The notes under the pieces were generated by a model. The model worked only from the letters and a program-made list of their open reading frames with translations, had not been told where the DNA came from and did no database searches. DNA of 59,741 bases, the filler included, from Sphacelaria rigidula (lineage: Eukaryota): the NCBI GenBank assembly GCA_964200075.2. It is 4 parts of 4 records of this genome, joined end to end, with 100 filler letters (N's around TTAATTAATTAA, not from the genome) between each part and the next. Parts side by side here need not be neighbours in the genome. Positions count along the whole stretch, not along the records: positions 1 to 14,867 come from CAXNAA020002012.1; 3 more parts are not named here. One strand, 5' to 3'. A program made the translations under genes and the position numbers. The stretch's first letter is position 1; each line of letters opens with the position of its first letter. Shown here one piece after another: positions 1 through 12,012 of this stretch.

Positions 1-894
1 ACCCCGAAACTCTGCAACCTCCCCCCCGGGGAGCTAACACTCTCTATACATTTTTTTGTGTTATGGTGGGGGGGGGGGGGGGGGGGGGGGGGGGTGATCT
101 TGTTTGCTGTGCAGGAGGATCTCGAGAAAATGGTTAGAGCCCACTGATTTCCACCACATCTGGAATATGACATGATGAAGTCAAGGTCTTGATTGGCTGA
201 CGGATATGTTGGCTGCGCTTCCTGTGTACTGCACCCGTAGCTGGAAGACAAATGTTGCGTCCCCCTTTCCGCATTTTGCGCGCTAAAACATGTATCCAAC
301 GAAGGTCACATTGCCGTTATTGATTACTGGCGTATACTCCTACACCTTCCCCTCAACCCCCCCCTCTTGCCCCCCCCCCCGAGTCATGTTTACGGCTTCA
401 TTTAACGCACATGCTTCCGCCGTAAGCTGCTAGACAAGTTGTGCGACCTCTTTCCACAATCCTCGGGTCAGTAAGAGAGGTAAATTTACTGGTTGGAGCA
501 GTGTACCTTGCTCGCCCTTTCTACTTTATCTTGACGATACACACGTACACAAAAATAATCGTGTATTCGGCACGCTCTGAAGGTTTGAAAGGCAGGTCGA
601 AGCAATAATAACTGCTGTGCTCGAAGCAATAATAACTGTGCACTATTAGACAGGTATGTGGTTTCCAGGATGTGCTCACTTGAACGCTTTTTTTTTATGG
701 TTCAAAATAGTCTACCCTTCCTTTTCCCCTTTGACCATTTGCGTTTTTACGTGGAGTACAGTACTGCACTATTAATCAGGCATTGGGTTACTTTACGGTG
801 TACTTACTCGAGCGATTTATTTTATGTTCAAAATAGTGTACCCTTCCTTTTGCCCGATGACCATTGGCGTTTTTCATGCTTGTTTTTTTTTCAG

Positions 895-1007
895 GGGGGC
901 CGGATTTCACCGGTGGTCCGTGCGCGCTAATAAGCTCGGTCGTCCAGATCGAAAATCCAGCTGGCAGGCGATAGTGGGCGTGGCTCGTCCTCATTCTCAA
1001 GATCTCG
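895..1007 (+). CDS. SPRY/B30.2-domain protein, penultimate exon (GAGFHRWSVRANKLGRPDRKSSWQAIVGVARPHSQDL)
   Basis: Poly-T + CAG acceptor ending at 894 and G|GTGAGC donor at 1008. The GxHxWxV...IVGVA pattern is the N-terminal half of a SPRY domain. The phase-1 donor joins in frame to the exon at 11738. Confidence 0.75.
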
Positions 1008-3086
1008 GTGAGCAACACCCCCCTCTGCACCCCTGTACTCCTGTGCCCCTGTGCCCTTGTCAGACCTGCACTGCGTGTTGCTACTAAAGTCATACACGCG
1101 TCAAATAAAATGGCCTACGTGCAGTGTGAAACTCCTTCGCAGGTAGGTGATGGTTTGGCCACGTCTCAATGATTTTCCCTTCTGATTTTCTTCTACTCGG
1201 CGGAGGAATACCAGGAGATGAATGACGTGTGCATGTCGCGGCATGCAGTGAAAGCTTGCATCAGAATATCACAACAAGACATATATGGATGCAGCTTTTG
1301 ATTCGATTAAGGAGTACTGTAACTGAGCACTGCTTTTTCTTCTCTTTGATACCCGAAACGCTGGGTCTGTTGTGTGCCCATCAAGGATCGGCCCGACCAA
1401 CCATCCAATGAACACAGTACCAAGTGTATCACCAATGTACTGATACTGTTGCCGCGCAGCCGCCGTGTCAGGGCACAGCCGTGTTCATTCTCCAAGTGAC
1501 GACATCAGGATATTAAGCAACTCATTCGACGTTGTCATCCATACCTAAGATAACCAGTACGGTTCGGGCCGAACAACCTTAGCAGGATGCAGCTCATCCC
1601 CTAATGCGACTCGCCTAACACACCACGGCGCTTGGCGCTTCGTGATCGATTGCGAGCCTGGTCCGGTGAAAAACCCGGCGTGATCCGTCCCGGCTTTTAT
1701 GCGAGGTCAGCGATCCTATGGCCACAGCATGCAATATCATGAGCACCCCCCCCCACCCGTCCCGCTCCCCCGCATGGTGAGGAAACGTCGCTGGAAGTGC
1801 CACCGGAGGCAAGAAAAACACACGTGTTTGAGTTTTTTCCCCACTTCAACATCGAGACACATTAGTCAAACGACTAAGGCAAGCAACAAATGAGTATGCT
1901 TCCCCCCCTTCAACATCGAGGTCATTATTGTCCGTCAGAGTTTCACATTCTGTGCGTACGAATTTCATCTTGCCGAGAAACTACGGTTGCGGGCTGAACG
2001 TAGGAACACGGACCAAAAACCTCTGACTGGTAACTTCCGACTGATACGTGTACTACCGATTTCAGGAGTTAGAGCCTATCATTTTGAGGGCATTGCAGAT
2101 ATCTAACGAAAAATTGAAGGCTGTCGAAGGAGGATCCAAGAAAACAGCTGTCTTGTTCCAGACTAGTAGCTCTTGGGGGTGATTTTCGGCGTCCAAAATT
2201 CGGATTGTATCTCTCCAGAATACACCCAACATGTTATCTTCGTTTGAAGGACTCTGAATAAAAACTTCATAGTCGAACTTGCTTTGTATTTTTCTTCTCG
2301 TAATTCTCAAAAAAACACTCCAGAACACCGGGATGTTTTGAGCAACCTTTTGTTTTTCTTTGTCGTCACAACATGTGGACGGAATCATATTGTTACCGTC
2401 GACGTGGTCATCTTGTTGACTTTCGTCGTGAAAAGTGTGTACGCCTCACATCTGAGGGACTACAGGATAAGAATCGAACAAGCACGTGACTATTTTAACA
2501 TTTTTGTACCACGATGCCCCATAAAAATGCAATTGGCAGACCTGGAAGGGTTGAGTACGGTATTGATAGTTGAAATGTTTCAACTCTCTGAACAGTGGAA
2601 TATAGCGTGCGGTGCACTCGGGGATACTTCAAAGGACTCCAAGACAACCCATGTTCGCGATACTGTACTCCCGCAGCAGTTCATGATCTTCCTTGCATTG
2701 GACGTTTTGGGTGTTTGGTGGTCGTCCGCCGAACCTACGACGTAAAACGTGCTCTGTTCAGCGCGTGTCGGCTAAGTTTTAGATTAGGTTCACACGTGCA
2801 TGCGATTGATGAAACTCGTGTCCGCGTTAACATATGAATGGATCACTTCCGATCAAGCTTCCCGGGCTCTGACCCCCTGTCTGGCCGGACGCCGATCTCG
2901 ATCCTGAAGACGCGAAAAGGGCCATGATTCAGTCACCGTGATCGCAGTGTTCTCCATTCTTGCGACACCAGCTATCGCCACGAAGACATCGTGGCGTAGC
3001 ACAGAGGTGATGCGTTTGTTGTGTTCACCATCTCTTTGTCTCACTGAGATATGTTACTTAATATTCATGCATCAGGGCGTTCACAA

Positions 3087-3146
3087 TTGTACTGCACTGC
3101 ACTGCACTGTACTGCACTGTACTGCACTGCACTGTACTGTACTGTT
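3087..3146. repeat. (TGCAC/TGTAC)n pentanucleotide microsatellite
   Basis: Directly visible; abuts the left end of the long foldback. Confidence 0.85.
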
Positions 3147-3150
3147 GTGA

Positions 3151-5520
3151 ACTGCAATACGTCGGCGGGTGCGAGAGAGGGCACCGGGCCCCATGTCACG
3201 AACTTAGTGTACCGCCTGTCAGTACACCGATAAAGACCGCTTTGCCCGGTCGCAATGCAGTGCTTCCAGTGTCCGGACGTCAGCATCTCGTGATACACTC
3301 GCATTCAGACTATGCTGACGAAGCCTGTGTACTGATCATCATGGTTTCGTTATCTTGCGCAGGGCATCAATAGTGCGTCATGCGTTGTGTATCGCGTGAG
3401 AGGTTGCCGTGTACAGCACACACGCAACGGCGCACGCAGGAAGAGAGAGCGTGTTTCTTTCTTTTGGCTTGGGTTTGGGAAATGCAGACGCACAAATTAG
3501 AGCGTGCGCCTGCCAACGTGATTAGTCTGATTTCAAGGATTGCCGCACGTTTACATTAACTGATCCCCGACGTACCCAGCCGTGGTCATTATCCACAGCA
3601 CCCAGCCGTAGTCATTATCCACAATATAGACGTACTCAAGGTGAGCAAAACGTAAATACTGGTCGAAGAGAGGTGGAGAAAATCAGAGAGATAAAACAGA
3701 CAGAGTAGCACGAAGAAAGAAGAGAGACAAAGAGAAGACAAGAGAAGAAATAAGTGAAAGTAAGCAGAAATGGCCTGACTCTGCAGCATGGGTTCAGGTG
3801 AAAAAAGATCTTGCGCAAAATGCACATGTACTCATACCCGAACGAAAATATGGAGCCGTGGGAGCAGATTGCGGGTCAACCATTTCGACCATACTCTCTT
3901 GGGTATAATCTGTTACCGATGAACCCCTACGGACACGAGGAACCAAGCTGCGACTTGCGTACAAAACGTAAGAATTGGTCCAACTGGGACTCGAACTCAG
4001 GGTGGCATGTTCAGAGTCTGCAGTGTCACCGACTACACCATAAGACCATTCCGTTGTGGCGGGTGAGAAGGACGAACAAACCAAACGAGAAATTTGGTTA
4101 CCTGCGACCAATGTGCATGGGCAGAGAGTGCGCACACAGGAGGGCCGGGATTTGGCGAGCATGCAGATACTCGCATCATGTTCGGCGAGGCCTCATCTCG
4201 CGAGCAAGTCGCATTGCCATGAACGTTGAACCTCAAAACATCGTCACCAAACGCTGTGTGGCCTATGCAGTTTAAAAATATTGTGACAAAAACGTTTTCA
4301 TTTGATCTCCTCAGTCCTACCCTCGCTACGGTTGTAATCGCCTACGCTCCACGGCGCATTACACGCGGCTGGTCATATCTCACACCGTGGCTGATTGATT
4401 AGCGTGCTTGCCGCGTAAACGGGGATCCACGCAGCCAGTCTATACGCCGAATCAGACGAAATCTCGCGGCATGCACGACGTCGTGAGATTTAAGCACTAC
4501 GGCAAGCCCAAGGACAAATTGTGTAAAGCTTATGAAATGCAAATCCGCATGTGTTGCCGAGAAGTGGGCGTGCTGTTGGGGGATGACATTCTATCGCGGC
4601 TGATATGTAGGCAATGAGCAGGGCGCCATTATCCTGGAGATATGACGCGGGTGACACGGATCATGTTTGTGGGACTGTACGTCGCTAGCACGCCTCACTA
4701 CCGTAAACGTGACAAATACTTGAATCCCGCGACGCATTGGATCTCTCGAGAATCCGTCTGATTCGGCGTTTGGATTGGCTGTGTGAGTCCCTGCTTGCGC
4801 TGTAAACACGTCAATCAATCGGCTGCAGTGTGAGCTTTGGTCGGCCGCATATAATGTATCGTGAAGCGTAGGCGACCTACAACCGTGTTAGATGTTGGAC
4901 TAAGAAGATCGAGTGAAAACGGTTAGTCGCTTGCTTTTAGACTGCAAGGGCCACATGCAGCCTTTGAGAGCGATATTTTGAGGTTGAATGTTCATGGCAA
5001 TGCGATTTTCTCGCGACATGAGCCCTTGCCGAACATGATGCGAGTATCTGCGTGCTCGCCATATCCCGGCACTGGACTGCATGAATTCTTCGCCCTGTTC
5101 GTCGATCGCAGCTACCCAGGTCGCTTTTTGGTTTATCCGTCCTTCCGGTGGACCACGCTGGCACGTGTACTGTACGCTCTAGTTTTGCGCCTGTATTTCT
5201 CAACTGAAGCCAAAGCATGCTTTCTCGTGCTGCGCTGTCGCTTGTGTGCGCTATGCATGATGGCATTTCCCGCGATACACCACGGCTGACGCACTGTTAA
5301 TAGCCTGTGTCAGACGGGCAGACCATGACGAACACACAGGACTCATCGGCATGGTCTGGGAGTGAGTGTGTCACGAGATACCGGCGTCTGAAAAATCAAA
5401 GCACTGCATCGCCACCGGAGAAAAACCTCCATATCGTTGTGCTGAGGTGCGGGCAGAAAGTGCATTTCGTGATGTGGGAGTGGTTACCCCTGTCCCACAC
5501 CAGCCGATGTCTCTTGCGGT
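3151..5520 (+). ncRNA. Long imperfect inverted repeat (candidate intronic hairpin RNA): arms 3151-3519 + 4067-4497 versus 4715-5520
   Basis: The reverse complement of 4715-5520 aligns colinearly to 4067-4497 and then 3151-3519, at about 70-80% identity by eye and mostly transitions. The inverted repeat is seen directly; RNA function is inference. Confidence 0.5.
3520..4047 (-). mobile_element. tRNA-Gln(CTG)-derived SINE inserted in the left arm of the foldback
   Basis: Minus strand 4047-3977 reads GGTCTTATGGTGTAGTCGGTGACACTGCAGACTCTGAACATGCCACCCTGAGTTCGAGTCCCAGTTGGACC, tRNA-Gln-like with A/B boxes and broken stems. CT-rich body; 3' tail ...GTGCGGCAATC(AATC-like). A related body and tail occur at ~55290-55610. 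Confidence 0.7.
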
Positions 5521-5899
5521 AGGTAGTGAGGGGTTTTGCCAATGGGGCATTTTTTTCAAATTCTTTTTAGACTTTCGCGAAAAAAAGGGCAATATACAAA
5601 AAAGGGTAAACCCTGGTACTTTTGGAACAAAAAAGAGTAAGGCATTTTTAGCTTTGGGGCGCGGCGCGACACGCGGGCTGAACACCTCGAAAACACGTTC
5701 CAGCACCTCGGCCCCACGCCCAAGGTGTCTGTCCGGCAGCATAGTCGTCCATTTGTTTTCATTTTTACAAGTGTTGCTGGGCTGAACTTCGGCGCCGAAA
5801 ATGAGAGCCTGTGAGAGTACCCTTTTTTGTAAGCAAACCAGGAGGGTACACCCTGCCCTCTGCTAAAAAGTTATATCTTACCCTTTTTGGTTTTAATGT

Positions 5900-5967
5900 T
5901 GACCCTTTTTTGTGAAGTGGTGACCCTTTTTTGTGAAGTGGTGACCCTTTTTTGTGAAGTGGTGACC
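5900..5967. repeat. ~21-bp tandem repeat (GTGACCCTTTTTTGTGAAGTG) x3
   Basis: Directly visible. Confidence 0.8.
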
Positions 5968-6871
5968 GTGCCGCCGTCTCAGCACAAGATACACTGAGCA
6001 GTCATAACCATAGCCATTTTCGATAAAGTATACCCCACCACAAAACACCGAAACCCAACGACCAGAAGAGTGTAGCCCCCCTGTTGGTTGGCTTGAAGAC
6101 TCGGAAGATCCAACGATGCATTAACTGGCATCGTGTTTACGTGATAATTGAATCGGCATCATGCTTAGTTGAATCTGAACTGTAGAAACTGTACGAAGCG
6201 GCAAAGTGTCATTGCTCTCCGTTTCACTCTTGGGCACAGCTCGAGCATGTTGTGATCTTACTCGCATGTCGCCTCGCCTCGACTGTACTTCCCTTTTACT
6301 GTCTCTCGACTGCTGCTCTACCGTACATAGGATTTTTCATCATGAGGCGCTGAAAACAACGGCTTCTATTTTTTTTCAGATTTGAGTTGTCTGAACAGCT
6401 TTGTGCGAGGTGATAACTCTTCGACCGCGAGCATGGGTCATGTGTGAAATCGGTATCAGTTTTACTTGAAAAACACACTGCATGACCAGATGGCCCACCC
6501 TCGCGGTGTAAGGGATAGATACACAACGTGCTCAGCTGATGAGCAGCTACGGCGTTTTCTTCGAAGTATGATCTGTGTCACTAAGCAATGCACGCAATTA
6601 GCACCGATTCGCGCGCGTCTTACACAAATCATCGTTTCTCATTGAATTCCGAACAGATTTACGCAAGGTCACGCACAGCTCATCCAAGCAGCTATTTTTT
6701 CGCTGAGGCGCGGCGCGTGCAACGTTTTTTCAATTGTCAGTTGGCACCACTCCAGACATTAAATTGTCATCATTTTCCGGATCGTTTCCCCTTGGATTCT
6801 GGACAGTAGCACCGATTCGCGCGCGTCGTAACACAAATCATCGTTTCTCAATGAATTCTGAGCAAATTTAA

Positions 6872-6980
6872 CTAGCCCTTTGACCACGAGGGTAGGTCAC
6901 CTGCGGAATCGGCATCGTTTTGACTTGAAAGAAGTGTGTGTGATCCAGATGGATTACCCGCATCGCGGTCTAAGGGTTAT
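6872..6980. mobile_element. ~105-bp piggyBac-like MITE (CCCTT-GACC...GGTC-AAGGG ends)
   Basis: TIRs; related copies at ~12525-12625, ~11050-11140, ~19303-19350 and 31362-31578, several flanked by TTAA. Confidence 0.6.
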
Positions 6981-7629
6981 AAGCAAGGTCCCGCACAGCT
7001 CAGGCAATGGCCCTCTACGACTCGTCGAGCTGTGTGTTCTTGTTTCTGCGGTTCACCTTTGATAGTGTTGGGTTGTTTATCATGTGTCAAGCCTTTGGAT
7101 GTGTCCCTGTGAACGTGACACGTACGTTCCTCTTCAGATTACAAACGAGGCAGGAGTATTATTTTATGGAATCGGTATCATCTTCAAAATTAAATCGTCG
7201 CGCACACCATGCTCAGCTAGTGAGCAGTCATGGCCTCTACAAACTATGACCTTTTCCTTTACGCAACGCACAAAGCTATCATCGGTGCTCATGTATCTTG
7301 GATATCGACTCACTGATCGTGACGGCGAAGCCGCCGAAACTTTTGTATGTATATATATGTTTATACAAATATTTCTGTGAAGATATGTAGATCCGGTTGC
7401 TGTTCTATTTTGTTATGGGTACAGAAGTGTGCCCTGTATGCACGTGGTGCAGGTAAGCGGGGATGGTGGGGAGCCAGTGTGTTGAATATTTCTGCTGATA
7501 TCTATCTGTAGAGATGGGATTTTCCGCAGAGCTGCTTGTAGGAGTTGAACCTGCCAACAGGAACATGGTTCACTTGCATCCACCATCCCCTGTTCGCACT
7601 GAGAGTGGACGGCAGTTTACCTTAGAGTA

Positions 7630-8116
7630 GGGGTATATGTGGGCGCGCCAGCCCGCGCCACACAGGAGGAACGCCAAAATCGGAGTTTTTCATTTTGTTT
7701 TTAGTACTCCACCTTCCTTTTGCGGTGAGCATCGGTGCGCACGGAGTCAGTCAGTCCGTGAGCAGTGGTTGTACGTTTGTACGTGTCTACACCTTATTTC
7801 GGTATATATGTGGGCGCATCAGCCGGGGTCACGCAAGGCGAAGGCCAGCACGGGAGTTTTATTATTTCTTATGTTGTTCTAGTACTCCACCTCCCTAGTG
7901 CGGTGCTTGCCTCATTTTTTTCATCGCGAGAGGGATTCAGCAGTCCCTTTCCCTCGTCGGCCATGCAGTCGAACATCGGATACCCACGACATAGTCGCTC
8001 TCCACTGTTGGGCATGGTGTGAGAATAATTCCAGTTCGTGTGACTCCATCGAGGTTCGAACCAACGACCCAACTGTCAGAAGGATTCGGAGTTACGGATT
8101 AAACCACCGGGGCGAC
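7630..8116 (-). mobile_element. tRNA-derived SINE (second family)
   Basis: Minus-strand head at ~8116-8041 with A-box-like TGGTTTAATCCG and B-box GGTTCGAACC. The body (GCATCAGCCGGGGTCAC...) recurs at 14968-15134 (+, with a CACAA tail) and ~52490-52575. Confidence 0.7.
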
Positions 8117-8610
8117 CGACCACTGGATGTTGTTGTTATTTTCGTTACTATTTTGACGACAGAGAGACGTACTGGCAAGACAAGAGGCTTTCACAGGAGG
8201 TAGGCCAGAGCTTTTTGTTTTGTTTTGTGAACTTCGCCTTTCTTCTGCGGCGCTTGCTTTCCCTTTTATTGGTGGGAAGGGTTCAAACGATGTTTTCGTG
8301 AGAGCTCATACCTGGATATCCTACTCAGGGGTATCAAGGGCCTCAGTGGCAAGCTACTTCAGAAAGCATATCAGGCCTCGTGGGGGAGTATTTCGGAACT
8401 GAAATTATTAATTCACTAATTTACCGCTTCTCACTTTCAATCGTATCCTCTACAGTACTCTCAATCTCGCGAGAACACTGTTTCTTGAGCGATCCCTTCC
8501 TCTCGTTGACCGTGAAGTCAAATTTTGTGTGACACAGTCGCTGTCCACTGATGGGCATATGGTTTGAGAAAATCCACACCCTAGACAACGTATTACAAGA
8601 TCATGAAGTG

Positions 8611-9022
8611 CAAGGGCAGGTCGTGTAGAGTATACTCAATATTCAGCACTTTCGAGGAGTCATACTTTTAGTACTCAAATTTTGAGTAGAGTGTTTGAGG
8701 TCGTACTCAATCTACTCAAATGTTGAGTAGAGTATGTGAGGTCACACTTAATCTACTCAATATTTGAGTAGAGTATTGAGGTCATACTCAAGTGATACTC
8801 TATACTCAAGTATTACTGAGAGTGCTTACTCAATATTTGAGAAGAGTATTTGAGGTCGTACTCAATCTACTCAAATTTTGGGTAGAGTATTTGAGGCCAT
8901 ACTCGACCTTCTCAAAGTTGGATTGGAGTATTTTAAGCCGTACTCGACCTACTCAAACTTTGAGTAGAGTAAATATTCGAGTATATTACTCAAAAGTACA
9001 TACTCTACTCGACCTGCCCTTG
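8611..9022. mobile_element. hAT/P-like non-autonomous element with internal ~39-bp subrepeats
   Basis: TIRs CAAGGGCAGGTCG(T/A)GTAGAGTA. 8-bp flanks ATGAAGTG / AAGAAGTG form a TSD with one mismatch. Interior is built of GAGTAGAGTATTTGAGGTCGTACTC-type units. Confidence 0.75.
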
Positions 9023-9170
9023 AAGAAGTGTACGGCGTACACCAGTACAGTGTCGACTATTGCGTCTATTGTAGTACACAACAAAGGCAATCGCTAATGT
9101 TTGAACGTATGGCACACGCTTTTGGGCTGCCAACATGCCAACACCACCTCATACCATTGTTCCTCATGCA

Positions 9171-9320
9171 GAGAGGTTAGTCCGCAGCCGTCTTGATTTG
9201 AGAGTGCATCTTCATGTTTCCAAAACAGAGAGGTTAGTCCGCGATCGTCTTGATTTGAGAGTGCATCTTCATGTTTCCAATACAGAGATGTTTGTCCGCA
9301 GTTGTCTTGATTTGAGAGTG
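9171..9320. repeat. 57-bp tandem repeat x~2.6
   Basis: GAGAGGTTAGTCCGC units at 9171 and 9228, third copy at ~9285. The minus strand reads (EDALSNQDxxGLTSLxWKH)n. Confidence 0.8.
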
Positions 9321-11737
9321 TTGAAGAGTATATATGCATGTGTGACGTACTACCTTCGCCGGTCCACTTCATTTTTGATGGGGTCACACACACAGCGGCA
9401 CAGGTCACACACGCACGCACACGCACAGGCGAATGACCACGAGCAAGCGGCAATAGTAGCAGCAGCAGTAATGTGGCATGGAGACGGTCACCGCTGAACC
9501 CATCGAACAGGTGTTGAAGACAGCTATTTCCCTAAGGTCTGTGGTGCTGTTTTGACTACGCACTGTTGTACGGCAGTACTATCCAACATTACGTACCTGT
9601 GTCAAGTTTGTCGCACCACCCTACCGTGTGTGAACACATTCTACAGGTCCAGCATTCTTCCAAGGCTATGCAACATACTGCTAGCGGTGTACTTTACTGT
9701 ACTGTCTAACTCTACCCCTCACCCTTACCCCAACGAAGGCATACTGAGAACCCTCGGACAAGGTGGGTGCAGCTCTTGCTACTCTATCCACAGTGCTCTT
9801 TTTTTCGGCAATCCGTGGTGTGGTGGATGAGGGCCAGCCGTGTTCGTACAATAAACTTTGTTCAAGATGGAGTCGTGAACCGCCTTATTTACATCGACGC
9901 ATATATTATTTTCGGAGGAGGTGGGTATTACATGCATTGCACAGCGTAACAGATCCACAAGAGAGTATTGAGCTCAGTATCCCACCGTACTGGTACACAG
10001 TGCAGTTGGGTAGATAGATGAGGGCGGGGAGCGCACATCCCACTGCGTTTTAGCAGCCTCTTCTGCGGGACGATATGGAAGAGTGACAGCTTTTCCCTCT
10101 TCAGTCTGAGCGTCAAGTGTAAAGTACTGTTTCGAAAAGGATAATTTATTACTTGATTAATGTATCGAAAACCCGGACACGATCGTCGTGACCACAGTAT
10201 GCAGCCGCGAGACTACCCTAATAATAAATAGGAATATATAGGATAAAAAAAATAGTGATGATAACAGTAATATTAAAAATAGTGATGATAAAAGTAGTGA
10301 TGATGATAATATCGACTATGACGGTGACATATGAAGACGCTGTGGATAGCCACAAGAACATAAGGAGAATACTGTACTCCTTCAATGAGACCGCTAGTGA
10401 TCAGTATTTCATGTCTTGGACCATCATGATGTAGTTTGTTGCGAAATACTTACGCATATTCCACTCACACTGGTACGTGTTGACTTCTTTCCTTGGATCC
10501 CAACTTTAGCCATGTTCCCTAGCTATCTTCCCTTCACATACTCTGGTTGGTATCTGGATTTCTTCCCTTCCTTCCTCTTCCTTCCTCTCTCTCTCCTCCC
10601 CTCTCTCTCATACCACATTGCTATTTGTGTCTCGCTGCTGGGGAGTTCGTGACTGAGAGTTCCTACCGAACTGATTTAGTACCTGAAGAGCTGAGTCGCC
10701 ACCGGCTTCCTGCTTCCACCGCTCCAGTTGTTTTGTTTCGGTCCGGTTTGGTTTTGTATGGCCTCCTTACCTGAAGCAATGCCACGAGAGCCTGCCGATT
10801 ATTTTTCCGTTTCGGGACTGGTGCTAGAGTTCCACCTGTCGCTTTTTTTGTTTTGTCTTTTCCTTCGCTGCCTCTGTTTCTTTCTGTTTTCTCTCTATTT
10901 TCGTCCTTAGTACCTTGTTTATCATCTGTTTCCTCTTGATATTTCCCCCTTCTCGGGCAGCCGTATAGCGAGAGTGGATATTGCCGTATATCTACCGGGG
11001 GCATATGAAACTTTTCGTGAGGTCGAGAGTATAGCATTCAATCAAGAGTCAGCTTTTTGGTTCCCTGTGGAATCGGCATCATGTTCACTTGGAAATTACT
11101 GCGAGGCCCTCATTCCTAACCCTGGCGGTCGAAGGCTTGACAGTCCGACCAATTAGTCGTTGGATTTATAGTCCTAAAGTAAACAAACGCTAATACAGTA
11201 GACGATTCTTTGGAATCGCGACGGGTCCATACCCTGCACTCGCCTTCAAAATATTAATCGGAAGAACATTCCTGGAATGCATGGCATTATGTCCGACATG
11301 TAGTCATGACTTGCCCAACGTACGGCGGTGGATGAAATAGAGGAATGTTGCGATGGGTGGGCATAACGGATCGTTCCTGTTGTTACCCGCCGGTGTTTCG
11401 ACCACAAACGGAACGCACGAAATCAACTGTCTTCCGACCAAAGGCTGGCTCTCAATAGTAAGCTACACTGTTGATATCACGACATGGTTGTAGTAGGTTC
11501 ATCCTGTATCTACTGTACTGCCTACGACTGGATGCGTTGCGGATCGATCCATGTGATTGTTCATGTGCAATGAGCATTCAAGTAAATCAACTGACTCAAA
11601 ACAGTATTCCGATCCACATCCCTACAAAACGCAGGCAACCTTTCAACTTCTTCCCACCTCTTGTCCCTCCCCTCCCTAAATCCGGCGTACTGTCTCTCGA
11701 TTGGTGGATGACTCCACGGTATACGTTTTGACCTCAG

Positions 11738-12012
11738 CGAGGCCCTACCTTCCTATCACCGGCTTCGTGGTGGGCACAGGAGAAAGTAAACTTGGGGGCA
11801 ACACGTCCGTAGACAACTACTCGTCGGCGTGCGTGAAGGACGGGGATGTGGTGACGGTTGTGTACGAAGCAGACAAGGGCACCTTGACGTTCATGCTGAA
11901 CGGCGTTAGTCTAGGAAATGTTTACCCCGGGAGGGTTCACGGTCCGGTTGTGGCTGCGCTTGCTGTCAGCTCGGCTGGAGCCATGTGGTCTTTGGATTTT
12001 GCTGATGGCTGA
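11738..12012 (+). CDS. SPRY/B30.2-domain protein, terminal exon (..RPYLPITGFVVGTG...GDVVTVVYEADKGTLTFMLNGVSLG...WSLDFADG*)
   Basis: ttttgacctcag acceptor, phase 1. GDVVxVxxxxDxGTLxFxxNGxxLG is the SPRY C-terminal signature. TGA at 12010-12012. Confidence 0.85.

Noticed and set aside
115-175. Possible upstream SPRY-gene exon after tgtgcag
   Set aside because: All frames hit stops quickly and no convincing phase-2 donor was found.
3977-4047. Functional tRNA-Gln gene
   Set aside because: Mismatches in the acceptor, anticodon and T stems, followed by a SINE body and tail; treated as a SINE head.
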